Source: Candidatus Woesearchaeota archaeon
GTDB lineage: Archaea > Nanobdellota > Nanobdellia > SCGC-AAA011-G17 > JAFCDX01
NCBI GenBank assembly: GCA_017609465.1
Contig: JAFCDX010000003.1
Span: forward strand, 46,712 to 110,711
Direction of reading: 5' to 3'
Length of the DNA: 64,000 nt
Below, in pieces: positions 1-8,854 of the stretch (position 1 is its first letter; each line of letters begins with the position of its first letter). The notes beneath the pieces were generated by a model. It was not told the origin of the DNA, searched no databases, and was given only the letters and a program-made list of their open reading frames with translations. A program made the translations under genes and the position numbers.

Positions 1-87
1 TTTCTCTGTTTTAGTCCTATTTGATAATTATACTCAATATTTTGAAGTTATGATAAGATTTATATATTATTTTAATATTAATAATCT

Positions 88-1719
88 ATGAAAAATAAAG
101 CATTGGTATTAAGTCTATTAATTATATTTAATATATCTATTGTTATTGCTACTGATTGTCAAGATTTTGATAATGGCAAAACCTATTTTTTGAAAAGTCA
201 TGCAATAGGAGATTGGTATGGTGGGGGAGATCCAAAAATATATGGTCAAGATCCTAATCCTTCATTTGGCAAACCAACATCAGATTCTTATTCAACATAT
301 TATGATTGGTGTACAGGACTTCAATTAATGGAAGCTATTTGTGATGCAAATGGGAAATTGAGTGTAGCAAGTTTTTCTTGTCCAAATGGATGTTATCAAG
401 GTGCTTGTAAATGTCAAACTAATTCAGATTGCCCTCAAGGATATGTATGTAGAGGAGATGGTTTTACATGTGTTGAAGGGGAAGATGTTGATTGTTATGA
501 TGATGGAAATGATTATTTTACAAAACAAAAAGTGCAAATTAGAAAAAATGGAATAATAGTTAGTACAAATTATGATAGATGTGAAGGGAATATATTAAAT
601 GAAGCATATTGCCAAGACCCACATTCTGATGATGTTTCTTTTCTTACTTATACCTGTCCAGATGGATGTTCAGAGGGAGCATGTTTAAAAATAATACAAT
701 GTACTGAGTCATGGAGTTGTAGTTCTTGGAGTTCTTGTATTAATGGGCAACAAACAAGAACTTGCACCGATACAAATAATTGTGGGACAACTTTAAGTAG
801 ACCCCCTTTATCACAATCTTGTACTGTTTCTAATGAAAAACCAGACTTTAGTGTGAATGGATTAGAAATATCAAGTGCTTCCGATGCTCCAAAAGAAGGT
901 AATTATGATAGAAATATATTTGTTAAAATATTTAATTCTGGGAAAGAGATTGTTCCTGGTTATTTAAGTTATGAAATAAAAGTAAAAGATGAAAATGGAA
1001 ATGATATTGATAGTTGTATAATGAATTCTTACCTTAATTGGTTTTCAAACAAAGAAGCCATAGTTAAAGGAGGTTCTTGTAGTTTAAATTTACCTGCAGG
1101 TAAATTAACATTCGTAACAGAAGTTGATGTAAAGAAAGAATATAATGAATTAAATGAAAATAATAATATTTATACCCAGAAAATAGAGATTTTATCAGAA
1201 GATTATAAATGTAAAGATAGTGATGGTGGAAAGAATTTTAATGTAAAAGGAGAAATTGAAGGTTATCTTATGGAAGAATTATCAATTAAAACATTTAAAG
1301 ATACTTGCGAGAATGTTAATAAACTTAAGGAATATGATTGTCAAAATGATGGTGCAAAAATAGGATATGTATATGAGAATTGCCAATACGGTTGTAAAGA
1401 TGGAGTTTGTTTAACAGAATCTATTCCCACCACTACTCCAACTCAATCAGAAGAACCCGAATCTGTAATTACAGAAGATGAATATTTAAAACAATCTTGT
1501 GATGGATGTTTAATGGAAGATAATTGTGTATCTTATGGAACAAGATTAGATGAAAAATATTGTAGTTTATCAAAAGATTTTTTAAATCAAAGAGATTTAG
1601 GCTCATCTTGTAATGAAAATTATGAATGTAAAAGCAATGAATGTTTAGATAGAGAATGTGTTTCTACTTACGGCTTATTAAAAAGAATATGGGTTTGGAT
1701 TAAAAATTTATTTAATTAA
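88..1719 (+). CDS. secreted cysteine-rich repeat protein of unknown function
   Basis: N-terminal signal peptide (MKNKALVLSLLIIFNISIVIA). Three spaced CPxGC(Y/S)(Q/E)GAC modules and a CARDB-like 'IFNSGKEIV' segment. No enzyme motif. Confidence 0.55.
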   Translation: MKNKALVLSLLIIFNISIVIATDCQDFDNGKTYFLKSHAIGDWYGGGDPKIYGQDPNPSFGKPTSDSYSTYYDWCTGLQLMEAICDANGKLSVASFSCPNGCYQGACKCQTNSDCPQGYVCRGDGFTCVEGEDVDCYDDGNDYFTKQKVQIRKNGIIVSTNYDRCEGNILNEAYCQDPHSDDVSFLTYTCPDGCSEGACLKIIQCTESWSCSSWSSCINGQQTRTCTDTNNCGTTLSRPPLSQSCTVSNEKPDFSVNGLEISSASDAPKEGNYDRNIFVKIFNSGKEIVPGYLSYEIKVKDENGNDIDSCIMNSYLNWFSNKEAIVKGGSCSLNLPAGKLTFVTEVDVKKEYNELNENNNIYTQKIEILSEDYKCKDSDGGKNFNVKGEIEGYLMEELSIKTFKDTCENVNKLKEYDCQNDGAKIGYVYENCQYGCKDGVCLTESIPTTTPTQSEEPESVITEDEYLKQSCDGCLMEDNCVSYGTRLDEKYCSLSKDFLNQRDLGSSCNENYECKSNECLDRECVSTYGLLKRIWVWIKNLFN

Positions 1720-1826
1720 AATATTTCTCTCATCTTTAATAAAAATTAATCTATATTCTTTACTATAGAAATCTTTATATATCATTAGGTATTGTAATAT
1801 AATATAAAATTATATGGGGATATATA

Positions 1827-1964
1827 ATGGTTATGATACAAATAGACTTGTCAGAAGAGGAAAACAAAATAGTAAACATCGTAAAATCTGTTAAAGGATT
1901 TATAACAAAGGAAGAAGCCATTAAATATATCATCAAACAGTTTAAACCAAGTTTAAGGCTGTAA
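1827..1964 (+). CDS. small ribbon-helix-helix-like protein (45 aa) carried on the IS-like element
   Basis: MVMIQIDLSEEENKIVNIVKSVKGFITKEEAIKYIIKQF. A near-identical copy lies at 56183..56320. Below the ORF-track size cutoff. Confidence 0.45.
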   Translation: MVMIQIDLSEEENKIVNIVKSVKGFITKEEAIKYIIKQFKPSLRL

Positions 1965-3163
1965 AAATAACCAGAGAACCCGAAGGTTCTCTTAAAAAAC
2001 TTTCTGATATCCGAACAGAAAGAGCTTATTCTATTTTAAAGAATGGAAAACCGAAAATAATAAATAAGCAAGAATTTTTAGTTCCAGCTTCAAATCCAAA
2101 TTACAAATTCAAAGTAACTCATAGAGATGCTTGGACTTGTGAATGCCCTGATTTTCAAAAAACCTGTAAGGATAAAGGATTATACTGCAAACATATTAAG
2201 GCAATTCAATTCTTTCTTAAATTAAGAAATAAAACAGAAATAGACAATATATTAAATGAAAATTCAAGAAAAGAATGTATCTACTGCAAATCTAAAAACA
2301 TAATCAAAAGAAGAATAAGAAAAAGCAATAAAGGAAATTTACAAAGATACTATTGTAAAGATTGTAAAAAAAGATTTATTCTAAATCCAATAAAATATAT
2401 TAAAATTAATGCTAAAAATATATGTTTAGTTATGGATTTGTATTTTAAGGGGTTATCATTAAGAGATATCCAAGATACATTAGACCAATTCCATAAAATT
2501 GAAATCAGTCATGAAAGCATAAGAAGATACATAAGAAACTTTACTAAATTAATGAATAATTATGTTAAAGAACAAACCAATGGAAAACTGAAATTAGGTG
2601 GTAAATGGCAGACTGATGAGCAAACCATTCAAGTAGGAAAAGAAAAGTTATGGAATTGGAATACTATTGATACAAAAACAAAATACTTAGTAGCTAACAA
2701 CATAACTAAATCAAGATATTATGATGATACTGTAAAAATAATAGAAAAAGCCAAGGAAGAGTGTGGAAGACCAGAAGAATTAAGAACAGATGGATTAAGG
2801 GGTTATCCAGGAGCTATTAGAGAAGTATTTGAATTAAATAAGTTAAAATTCCCTTATACTGTTCACGTTAAATCAAAGGGATTTAGAGATAATATTAATA
2901 CAAACATAGTAGAAAGATATCACAATGAATGGAGAGAGTTTGACAAAATAAGAAGGGGATTTGGTAATATGGAAACAGCTCAGGACTGGAATGAAGGTTA
3001 TAGATTATTCCATAATGTAATAAGAAAAAATATGGCTCTAAATGGCTTAACTCCTTTACAAAATGCAGAAATAGATTTAGATTTAGGAAGAAACAGATGG
3101 CTTGGATTATTACTTAAGTCCCTAAATGTGACAAATAAAGAAAATCATAATAAAAGCCCCTAA
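1946..3163 (+). CDS. IS transposase: SWIM-type zinc finger plus zinc ribbon plus HTH plus DDE domain. Open frame with no start codon, apparently 5'-truncated.
   Basis: One continuous frame from 1946 to 3163; the ORF track starts at the internal ATG 2432. CxCx(n)CxH SWIM finger (TCECPDFQKTCKDKGLYCKH) and CxxC..CxxC ribbon. DDE-region motifs WQTDEQ, RTDGLRGY and ERYHNEWREF resemble IS6/IS1 transposases. Compared with copy 2, a ~50-nt deletion removes the ATG. Confidence 0.5.
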   Translation, partial: TKFKAVKITREPEGSLKKLSDIRTERAYSILKNGKPKIINKQEFLVPASNPNYKFKVTHRDAWTCECPDFQKTCKDKGLYCKHIKAIQFFLKLRNKTEIDNILNENSRKECIYCKSKNIIKRRIRKSNKGNLQRYYCKDCKKRFILNPIKYIKINAKNICLVMDLYFKGLSLRDIQDTLDQFHKIEISHESIRRYIRNFTKLMNNYVKEQTNGKLKLGGKWQTDEQTIQVGKEKLWNWNTIDTKTKYLVANNITKSRYYDDTVKIIEKAKEECGRPEELRTDGLRGYPGAIREVFELNKLKFPYTVHVKSKGFRDNINTNIVERYHNEWREFDKIRRGFGNMETAQDWNEGYRLFHNVIRKNMALNGLTPLQNAEIDLDLGRNRWLGLLLKSLNVTNKENHNKSP

Positions 3164-3307
3164 ACTGTGACATAGCCTCTATAATATATATTTTCTATTA
3201 AATTGCAAATTGCAAGTATTCGCGCGACACATTTATAAATACATCCAAATTATACTAATTTAACTCCTTTTGAAATAAAAACCGAAAGGAACAGGAGGTG
3301 TATTTGA

Positions 3308-3565
3308 ATGGATATAAATAAACCAATAAAAAAATTTCGTTCTGGAAACATAGAGAGCGCTGTATGGCTCAATGAAAAAGAAGTAAACGGCAATAAAGTA
3401 AATTTCAAGACAGTAAGTATAAGAAAATCATGGAATCAAGACGGAAAATGGCATGATCAAACAATAAATCTGAGAAAAAATGACATACAAAAATTACTTT
3501 TAGTTTTAAATAAGGCGCATGAGGACTTGCTATTAAGCGAAGAGGAAAGTGATGAAGATGAATGA
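3308..3565 (+). CDS. small PC4/YdbC-like putative ssDNA-binding protein with acidic C-terminal tail
   Basis: Strong SD (aggaggtg) 7 nt upstream. 'AVWLNEKEVNGNKVNFKTVSIRKSWNQDGKWHDQTINLRKNDIQKL' resembles the PC4/YdbC fold signature (W..E..L..W.G.....D.R.W....gKGItL). C-terminus is SEEESDEDE. Overlaps the radA start by 17 nt. Confidence 0.4.
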   Translation: MDINKPIKKFRSGNIESAVWLNEKEVNGNKVNFKTVSIRKSWNQDGKWHDQTINLRKNDIQKLLLVLNKAHEDLLLSEEESDEDE

Positions 3566-4517
3566 GAAAAAGAAAATAACAATTGAGGATTTGCCAGGAA
3601 TAGGCGCTGCATCAGCAGAAAAATTAAGAGAAGCAGGATATGATAATCTTATGGCAATAGCAACAGCATCACCAGGAGAAATTGTAGAAATAGCAGGTCT
3701 TGGTGACAGTGCAGCAAAAAAAGCAATACAAGGTGCAAGAAATAAATTAGATATGGGTTTTGAATCTGGAGAGGATTTGTTAAAAAGAAGAGAGCAAGTA
3801 ATAAAAATAACAACAGGAAGTAAGAATTTTGATCAATTGGTAGGAGGTGGTTTTGAAACAGGATGTATCTCAGAATGCTTTTCCCAATGGGGGGGTGGAA
3901 AAACACAGATTGCACACTTACTCTCAGTACATGCACAATTACCCAAAGACCAAGGAGGTGCAGAAGGGATGGCTGTATACATAGATACAGAAGGAACATT
4001 CAGGCCAGAGAGAATAAAGCAACTTGCAGAAGGAAAGGGTATAGATGCAAACGAAGTCTTGAAAAACATAAAGGTAGCAAGAGCATTTAACTCAGATCAT
4101 CAAATGTTGTTGGCAGAAAAGGTCAATGATTTGATAACAAAAGACAATCTTCCAATTAAAGTTGTTATAGTGGATTCATTGACAGCTCATTTCAGGTCGG
4201 AATTCATTGGAAGAGGAACATTAAGTGAAAGACAACAAAAACTGAATAAGCATATGCATACCTTAATGAAATTGGCTACAACCCATAATATATGCGTTTA
4301 TGTAACCAATCAGGTAATGTCCAAACCAGATGTATTCTTTGGAGACCCAACAGAAGCAATTGGAGGTAATGTTGTAGGACATAACTCAGCATTCAGGATT
4401 TACTTGAGAAAAGGGAAGAAAGGTTCAAGAGTTGCAAAGCTGATTGACGCCCCAAATTTACCAGATGGAGAAGTATGCTTTATGGTTACAGAAAAAGGAT
4501 TAGTGGATGTTGAGTAA
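3549..4517 (+). CDS. radA: DNA repair and recombination protein RadA
   Basis: N-terminal HhH (IEDLPGIGAASAEKLREAGY). Walker A is the variant SQWGGGKTQ where GEFGSGKTQ is usual. Rad51/RadA core is conserved to the C-terminus. Confidence 0.85.
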   Translation: MMKMNEKKKITIEDLPGIGAASAEKLREAGYDNLMAIATASPGEIVEIAGLGDSAAKKAIQGARNKLDMGFESGEDLLKRREQVIKITTGSKNFDQLVGGGFETGCISECFSQWGGGKTQIAHLLSVHAQLPKDQGGAEGMAVYIDTEGTFRPERIKQLAEGKGIDANEVLKNIKVARAFNSDHQMLLAEKVNDLITKDNLPIKVVIVDSLTAHFRSEFIGRGTLSERQQKLNKHMHTLMKLATTHNICVYVTNQVMSKPDVFFGDPTEAIGGNVVGHNSAFRIYLRKGKKGSRVAKLIDAPNLPDGEVCFMVTEKGLVDVE

Positions 4518-4549
4518 AATATAAAAACCTTTTTTTCTTTTATTTTTTT

Positions 4550-5260
4550 ATGGTAGAACTAAGCATTATTATACCAACTTTGAATGAGGAAAAATATCTT
4601 CCAAAATTATTGGATTCTATAAAAAAGCAGGATTACAGAAATTATGAAATAATAGTCTCTGATGGAAATTCAAAAGATAATACACAAAAAATAGCAAAAG
4701 AATATGGATGTAAAGTAGTTGAAGGGGGATTGCCAGGAAAGGCAAGAAATAATGGTGCTAAAATAGCCAAAGGAAAATATTTGTTGTTTTTGGATGCTGA
4801 TGTTATTTTGCCAGAGACCTTCATTAAAGAAGTCATAGAAAAATTTGAATGGAAAGGATTAGATGCTATAACTTGTAAATCTATACCTCTAAGTAATAAA
4901 AAATCTGACAAAATAAAATATTTTTTCGCAAATAATTTTCTGAAAATATTTGAAAATATTAAACCCATGGGGGTAGGATATTGTATATTGACAAAAAAAG
5001 AAATTTTTGAGAAAGTGAAGGGTTTTGATGAAAGTTTAAAATTATGCGAAGATCATGATATTCTGAATAGAATATCAAAAGTAGGAAAATTCAAAGTTTT
5101 GTACAAACCAAAGATATATGTGTCCGTTAGAAGATTTGAAAAAGAAGGTAATATTTTAATCTTGAAATACATAAAAGTTACAATATATTATCTTCTTGGA
5201 AAAAGAATAGAATCAGAGAATATAATTGATTATAAATTTGGTCATTTTAATGAAGAATAA
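4550..5260 (+). CDS. family 2 glycosyltransferase
   Basis: IIIPTLNEEKYL...EIIVSDGNSKDNT...FLDADV are GT2 DxD-type motifs. Confidence 0.7.
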   Translation: MVELSIIIPTLNEEKYLPKLLDSIKKQDYRNYEIIVSDGNSKDNTQKIAKEYGCKVVEGGLPGKARNNGAKIAKGKYLLFLDADVILPETFIKEVIEKFEWKGLDAITCKSIPLSNKKSDKIKYFFANNFLKIFENIKPMGVGYCILTKKEIFEKVKGFDESLKLCEDHDILNRISKVGKFKVLYKPKIYVSVRRFEKEGNILILKYIKVTIYYLLGKRIESENIIDYKFGHFNEE

Positions 5261-6354
5261 ATATTTTCCAATCTTTTAATAACACCATCCAAAGAATATT
5301 TCTTTACCATTTTCAATGACTCTTTACCAAATTTTTTTCTTAAATTTATATCATTACATAATTTTTCAAGCTTAAGAGACATTTCATCAGAATTAAATGG
5401 TTCAACAATAAACCCATTTTTATTTTCTTCAACAATTAAAGGAATTGCCAATCTATTGACCCCTACAATTGGAAGTCCTGAAGCCATTGCTTCTAAGATC
5501 ACTAATCCTTCTGTTTCAACTGTTGAAGCAGTAGCAAAAATATCACAACTTGAATAAAGATTAGCTAAATATTTTCTATCCATTGGACCAAAAAATTCTA
5601 CATTATATCCACGACATATTCTTTTTATTCTTTTTTCATCTGGCCCCGAGCCTGCAATTATTAATTTGGAATTAATTCCTTTTTTATATAATTTTTTAAA
5701 AGCTTCAACAAGAACATCTATATTTTTTTCATAAGAAATTCTCCCTACACAAAGAATTTTTGGAATCTTGTTAAACCTTGTCTTTTTAAATAATTTTAAA
5801 TCTATTCCATTACTTAAAGCTATAATTTTATTTTTAACTTTATTTTTAATTAATTCTTTTTTCATAGCTTCAGAAGGAGTGGTTACCAAATTACATCTAT
5901 TATAAAAAAAATTTGTATAAAACCACATTAATTTTTTCATAAAATTTAATTTATCTAAAAATCTTACTCTTGAATGTTTTAAAAAATCAGGTGCAATAGT
6001 ATGATATGTCCCTATTATTGGTTTGTTATTTTTTTTAGCAAAATACAATGATTCAAATGCAAAGGGCGTTGGAGTATGGACATGTATTATATCAGGATCA
6101 AAATCCTTTAAATCTCTTAAAAATTTAAGAGATGGTAATTCAATTCTAAAATTAGGATATTTTGTTAGTAAACCTGTTGAAATATATTCATTTATCTCTA
6201 TATTTTTATGTAAATTTGGTTTTTCTTTATGTTTTCTTGTAAAAATCTTTATCTTATGTCCTTTTTTTGATAACTTATCAGAAGAATTAAGTATTGATAT
6301 TACAACTCCATTTAACTCAGGATAAAATGTATTTGTTATAAATGCTATTTTCAT
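5242..6354 (-). CDS. family 4 (GT-B) glycosyltransferase
   Basis: C-terminal EGLVILEAMASGLPIV motif typical of GT4/GT1. Confidence 0.7.
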   Translation of the reverse strand: MKIAFITNTFYPELNGVVISILNSSDKLSKKGHKIKIFTRKHKEKPNLHKNIEINEYISTGLLTKYPNFRIELPSLKFLRDLKDFDPDIIHVHTPTPFAFESLYFAKKNNKPIIGTYHTIAPDFLKHSRVRFLDKLNFMKKLMWFYTNFFYNRCNLVTTPSEAMKKELIKNKVKNKIIALSNGIDLKLFKKTRFNKIPKILCVGRISYEKNIDVLVEAFKKLYKKGINSKLIIAGSGPDEKRIKRICRGYNVEFFGPMDRKYLANLYSSCDIFATASTVETEGLVILEAMASGLPIVGVNRLAIPLIVEENKNGFIVEPFNSDEMSLKLEKLCNDINLRKKFGKESLKMVKKYSLDGVIKRLENIYSSLK

Positions 6355-6356
6355 AA

Positions 6357-6428
6357 TGCCCCTACCAGGACTTGAACCTGGGTTTCAACCTCCGCGGGGT
6401 TGTGTTCTATCCACTGAACTATAGGGGC
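6357..6428 (-). tRNA. tRNA-Arg (anticodon GCG)
   Basis: Manual cloverleaf: acceptor GCCCCTA/TAGGGGC, D-stem GTTC/GAAC, anticodon stem CAACC/GGTTG, loop CCGCGGA, T-arm CCAGG-TTCAAGT-CCTGG, discriminator A. Position 33 is C, which is unusual. Confidence 0.6.
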
Positions 6429-6462
6429 AATTAGAAGTTTATATAATTTTACATTTAAAAAT

Positions 6463-7314
6463 TTAATTAATTAATTTTTTAAAACCTTTCTTAGTCTTGT
6501 TTTTTCCAAATTCAAGGATTCTATTCACATAATAAAAAGGATGGCGTGCATGCTTCCTGAATGCCAATGATCTTGAAACCAAAACCCTTGTAAATTTTCC
6601 ATTAGGATAATAATATACTTTATTATTTCTTTTCAAAATATTTTCTAAAAACTCGCTAACATTATTTGAAATAGAATAAGTTAGAACTTTTCCTGCATCA
6701 TATATCATATGACCATCTCCTCCTGCCGTAAATGCTTTATCATATTCTCTTGCCAGTTCAACAGCCCTCATGTTTTTGTTCTTAGCCAGATGTCCATTCA
6801 TAACTTCTATGCAATCAAAATCCTTTATTACATTAAATTTGTCCTCTCCTCTTTCTATATATAATTTAGATAACCCTTTCCCAATGCTATGGTGGATCCC
6901 AAAAGGATGCGGAAGAGATGAAATACCATTAAATTCCTTTGACTTTTCTATTATATCCTTTGCACTAACATTTATTCCTGCATATTTTACCTTTTTCATA
7001 TAAGGTTTTACGCATGAATTATAAAATTCTATCAAGTCATTTATTTTATAAAAGTAAAACAAAATATCCATATTCTCCTTTGACCTTACTTCTATTCCAG
7101 GTATTAGATTTATGTTTTCTGTTGAAGCTAATAAAGCTCCTTTAATCTCATTGTGGTCTGTTATTGAAATTCCTATTCCTTTTTTCCTGCAAAACTTAAC
7201 TATTGAATTTATTCCAGAAGATCCATCCGAATATTTGGAATGAAAATGCATATCAAAAAACAATCCCTGTTTTTTCAATTCATCCATATTAATCTCAGAA
7301 TTACTGTTTTCCAT
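6463..7314 (-). CDS. PHP-domain metal-dependent phosphoesterase
   Basis: N-terminal DMHFHSKYSDGS and ITDHNEIKG histidine motifs of the PHP fold. Confidence 0.6.
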   Translation of the reverse strand: MENSNSEINMDELKKQGLFFDMHFHSKYSDGSSGINSIVKFCRKKGIGISITDHNEIKGALLASTENINLIPGIEVRSKENMDILFYFYKINDLIEFYNSCVKPYMKKVKYAGINVSAKDIIEKSKEFNGISSLPHPFGIHHSIGKGLSKLYIERGEDKFNVIKDFDCIEVMNGHLAKNKNMRAVELAREYDKAFTAGGDGHMIYDAGKVLTYSISNNVSEFLENILKRNNKVYYYPNGKFTRVLVSRSLAFRKHARHPFYYVNRILEFGKNKTKKGFKKLIN

Positions 7315-7316
7315 GA

Positions 7317-7538
7317 TTGAAATATCATCACAAGATTTATAAATATTATCTTATCAAGACTTGTATGACAGAAAATTTAAAATGCATTTCTTGTAGCACA
7401 GAAATAACAAATATGGAAGGTTTTACTAGATTTAAATGTCCTAGTTGTGGCAATGTAGAATTAGTAAGATGCAGACATTGCAGAAAGATAGGTGCTAAAT
7501 ATAAATGTGGAAGTTGTGGTTTTGAGGGACCTAATTAA
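7317..7538 (+). CDS. small zinc-ribbon protein, in the conserved archaeal position upstream of aEF-1beta
   Basis: Four CxxC pairs (CISC...CPSC...CRHC...CGSC). The true start may be the internal MTENL. Confidence 0.55.
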   Translation: MKYHHKIYKYYLIKTCMTENLKCISCSTEITNMEGFTRFKCPSCGNVELVRCRHCRKIGAKYKCGSCGFEGPN

Positions 7539-7539
7539 A

Positions 7540-7815
7540 ATGGCAGATGTAATAGTTACAATAAAAATAATGCCTGAATCTATAAATGAGGATTTAGAAA
7601 AGATAAAGGAAAAGGCAATAAAAAAGATAAATGAATTTGGAGGGGAATTAGGAAAAGAAGAAATTGAGCCTGTTGCTTTTGGATTAAAAGCATTAAAATT
7701 GATAATTGTTTATAATGAATCAAAAGGAAGCCCCGATGCTTTGGAAGAAGCTATAAAAGATATTGAAGGAGTACAAAGTGCAGAATCTGTTGATGTGAGA
7801 AGAGCTATAGGATGA
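7540..7815 (+). CDS. translation elongation factor aEF-1 beta
   Basis: MADVIVTIKIMPES...EPVAFGLKALKL...VDVRRA matches archaeal EF-1beta. Start chosen at the internal ATG of track ORF 7492..7815. Confidence 0.8.
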   Translation: MADVIVTIKIMPESINEDLEKIKEKAIKKINEFGGELGKEEIEPVAFGLKALKLIIVYNESKGSPDALEEAIKDIEGVQSAESVDVRRAIG

Positions 7816-8405
7816 TGGAAGAAAAATTATCAAAATTAGAAGAAGAAATAAAGAATTTAAATCCTGATGAGCAAAAGCAAAAATTAAATGAGTTTATGCA
7901 AACCTTAAATCCTGAGGAATTAAATCAGATAAAGCAAAGCCAGTGTGTTTTTTGTTTGATAGCACAAAACAAAGCTCAAGCTAAAAAAGTTTATGAAGAT
8001 GATAAGTTTTTAGGAATATTGGATATAAGACCTGCAAATCCAGGTCATGTAATATTATTTCCAAAAAATCATATTAATTTTCTTTCTAATTTAAATGAGA
8101 AAGATATTTCTGATATATTTAATATTGCAAATAAGATAGGGATTAACTTGGTAGAAAAATTAAAAGCAGAAGGTGTTAATATATTGGTTTCAAGCGGTCT
8201 TGCTGCAGGACAAAAATTAGATCACATAGCAATCCATATAATTCCAAGGTTTAAAGATGACAAAATAAGTTTTGAATGGCAACCAAAAGAAATCAATGAA
8301 GAAGATCTGGAAAGAATAAAAAATTTGATAAAAGTTGAAGAAGTTAAAGAAGAAGTTAAAAAAATAAAAAAAGAGAAAATTGATGTAGAAAATAGAATTC
8401 CGTAA
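7812..8405 (+). CDS. HIT-family hydrolase with N-terminal coiled-coil extension
   Basis: CVFCLI...histidine-triad HIAIHIIP. Start overlaps the aEF-1beta stop (ATGA). Confidence 0.7.
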   Translation: MMEEKLSKLEEEIKNLNPDEQKQKLNEFMQTLNPEELNQIKQSQCVFCLIAQNKAQAKKVYEDDKFLGILDIRPANPGHVILFPKNHINFLSNLNEKDISDIFNIANKIGINLVEKLKAEGVNILVSSGLAAGQKLDHIAIHIIPRFKDDKISFEWQPKEINEEDLERIKNLIKVEEVKEEVKKIKKEKIDVENRIP

Positions 8406-8437
8406 TCTTTAAATACCAATTTTATTTCTAAAAATCA

Positions 8438-8803
8438 ATGAAGAGGTATATTTTTATAAGTTTAATATTAATTAGTTTGTTATTTATATCTGCAACATGT
8501 GATCTTAGTGGTCCAGGGATTAGTATAACACCAAAATGTTGTATTGTTTCTGATGTTGATACTGGAGATGTTATTGGGTGTGCTAGAACCTCTGATAATG
8601 CCGATTGTAATGATAAATTTTCCAGTTTGGGTAATATTAACTTTGTATCTGGAACAGGGTGTGATGATTTAAGTCAGTGTTCTGGTTTAACAAATTGCTT
8701 TGGTTATAGTGAAGAATTTGAAACTCCTTATAATATTGCAAATGGAGGTCGTGTATGCACTCCTGATAATGCTTTATTATATTATTGTGATAGTGGAAGT
8801 TAA
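8438..8803 (+). CDS. N-terminal part (signal peptide plus Cys-rich region) of an interrupted surface protein
   Basis: Signal peptide MKRYIFISLILISLLFISA. Ends at a TAA that is in frame with the downstream 8855 ORF. Confidence 0.5.
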   Translation: MKRYIFISLILISLLFISATCDLSGPGISITPKCCIVSDVDTGDVIGCARTSDNADCNDKFSSLGNINFVSGTGCDDLSQCSGLTNCFGYSEEFETPYNIANGGRVCTPDNALLYYCDSGS

Positions 8804-8854
8804 ACAATACAACAAGATAGTTCTGCTTCTGGAAAAGAGTGTAATCCAGACACG

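Larger units (their letters stand above)
1722..3240 (+). mobile_element. IS-like element, copy 1 (small RHH gene plus zinc-finger/DDE transposase; IS6/IS1-like)
   Basis: ~1.5 kb block that is ~85-90% identical at nucleotide level to 56080..57655. Similarity starts at 'ttaatctatattc' and ends near 'atttataaata'. Terminal inverted repeats could not be identified by eye. Confidence 0.55.

Noticed and set aside
3649-4090. ORFs 3649..3999(-), 3833..4069(-) and 3863..4090(+) inside radA
   Set aside because: They are fully embedded in the conserved RadA frame and have low-complexity composition, so they are spurious.
8801-8803. TAA reassigned as a sense codon (alternative genetic code)
   Set aside because: TAA is the terminator of many well-conserved genes in the window, e.g. 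radA and the 88..1719 ORF. A single interrupted gene does not support recoding.
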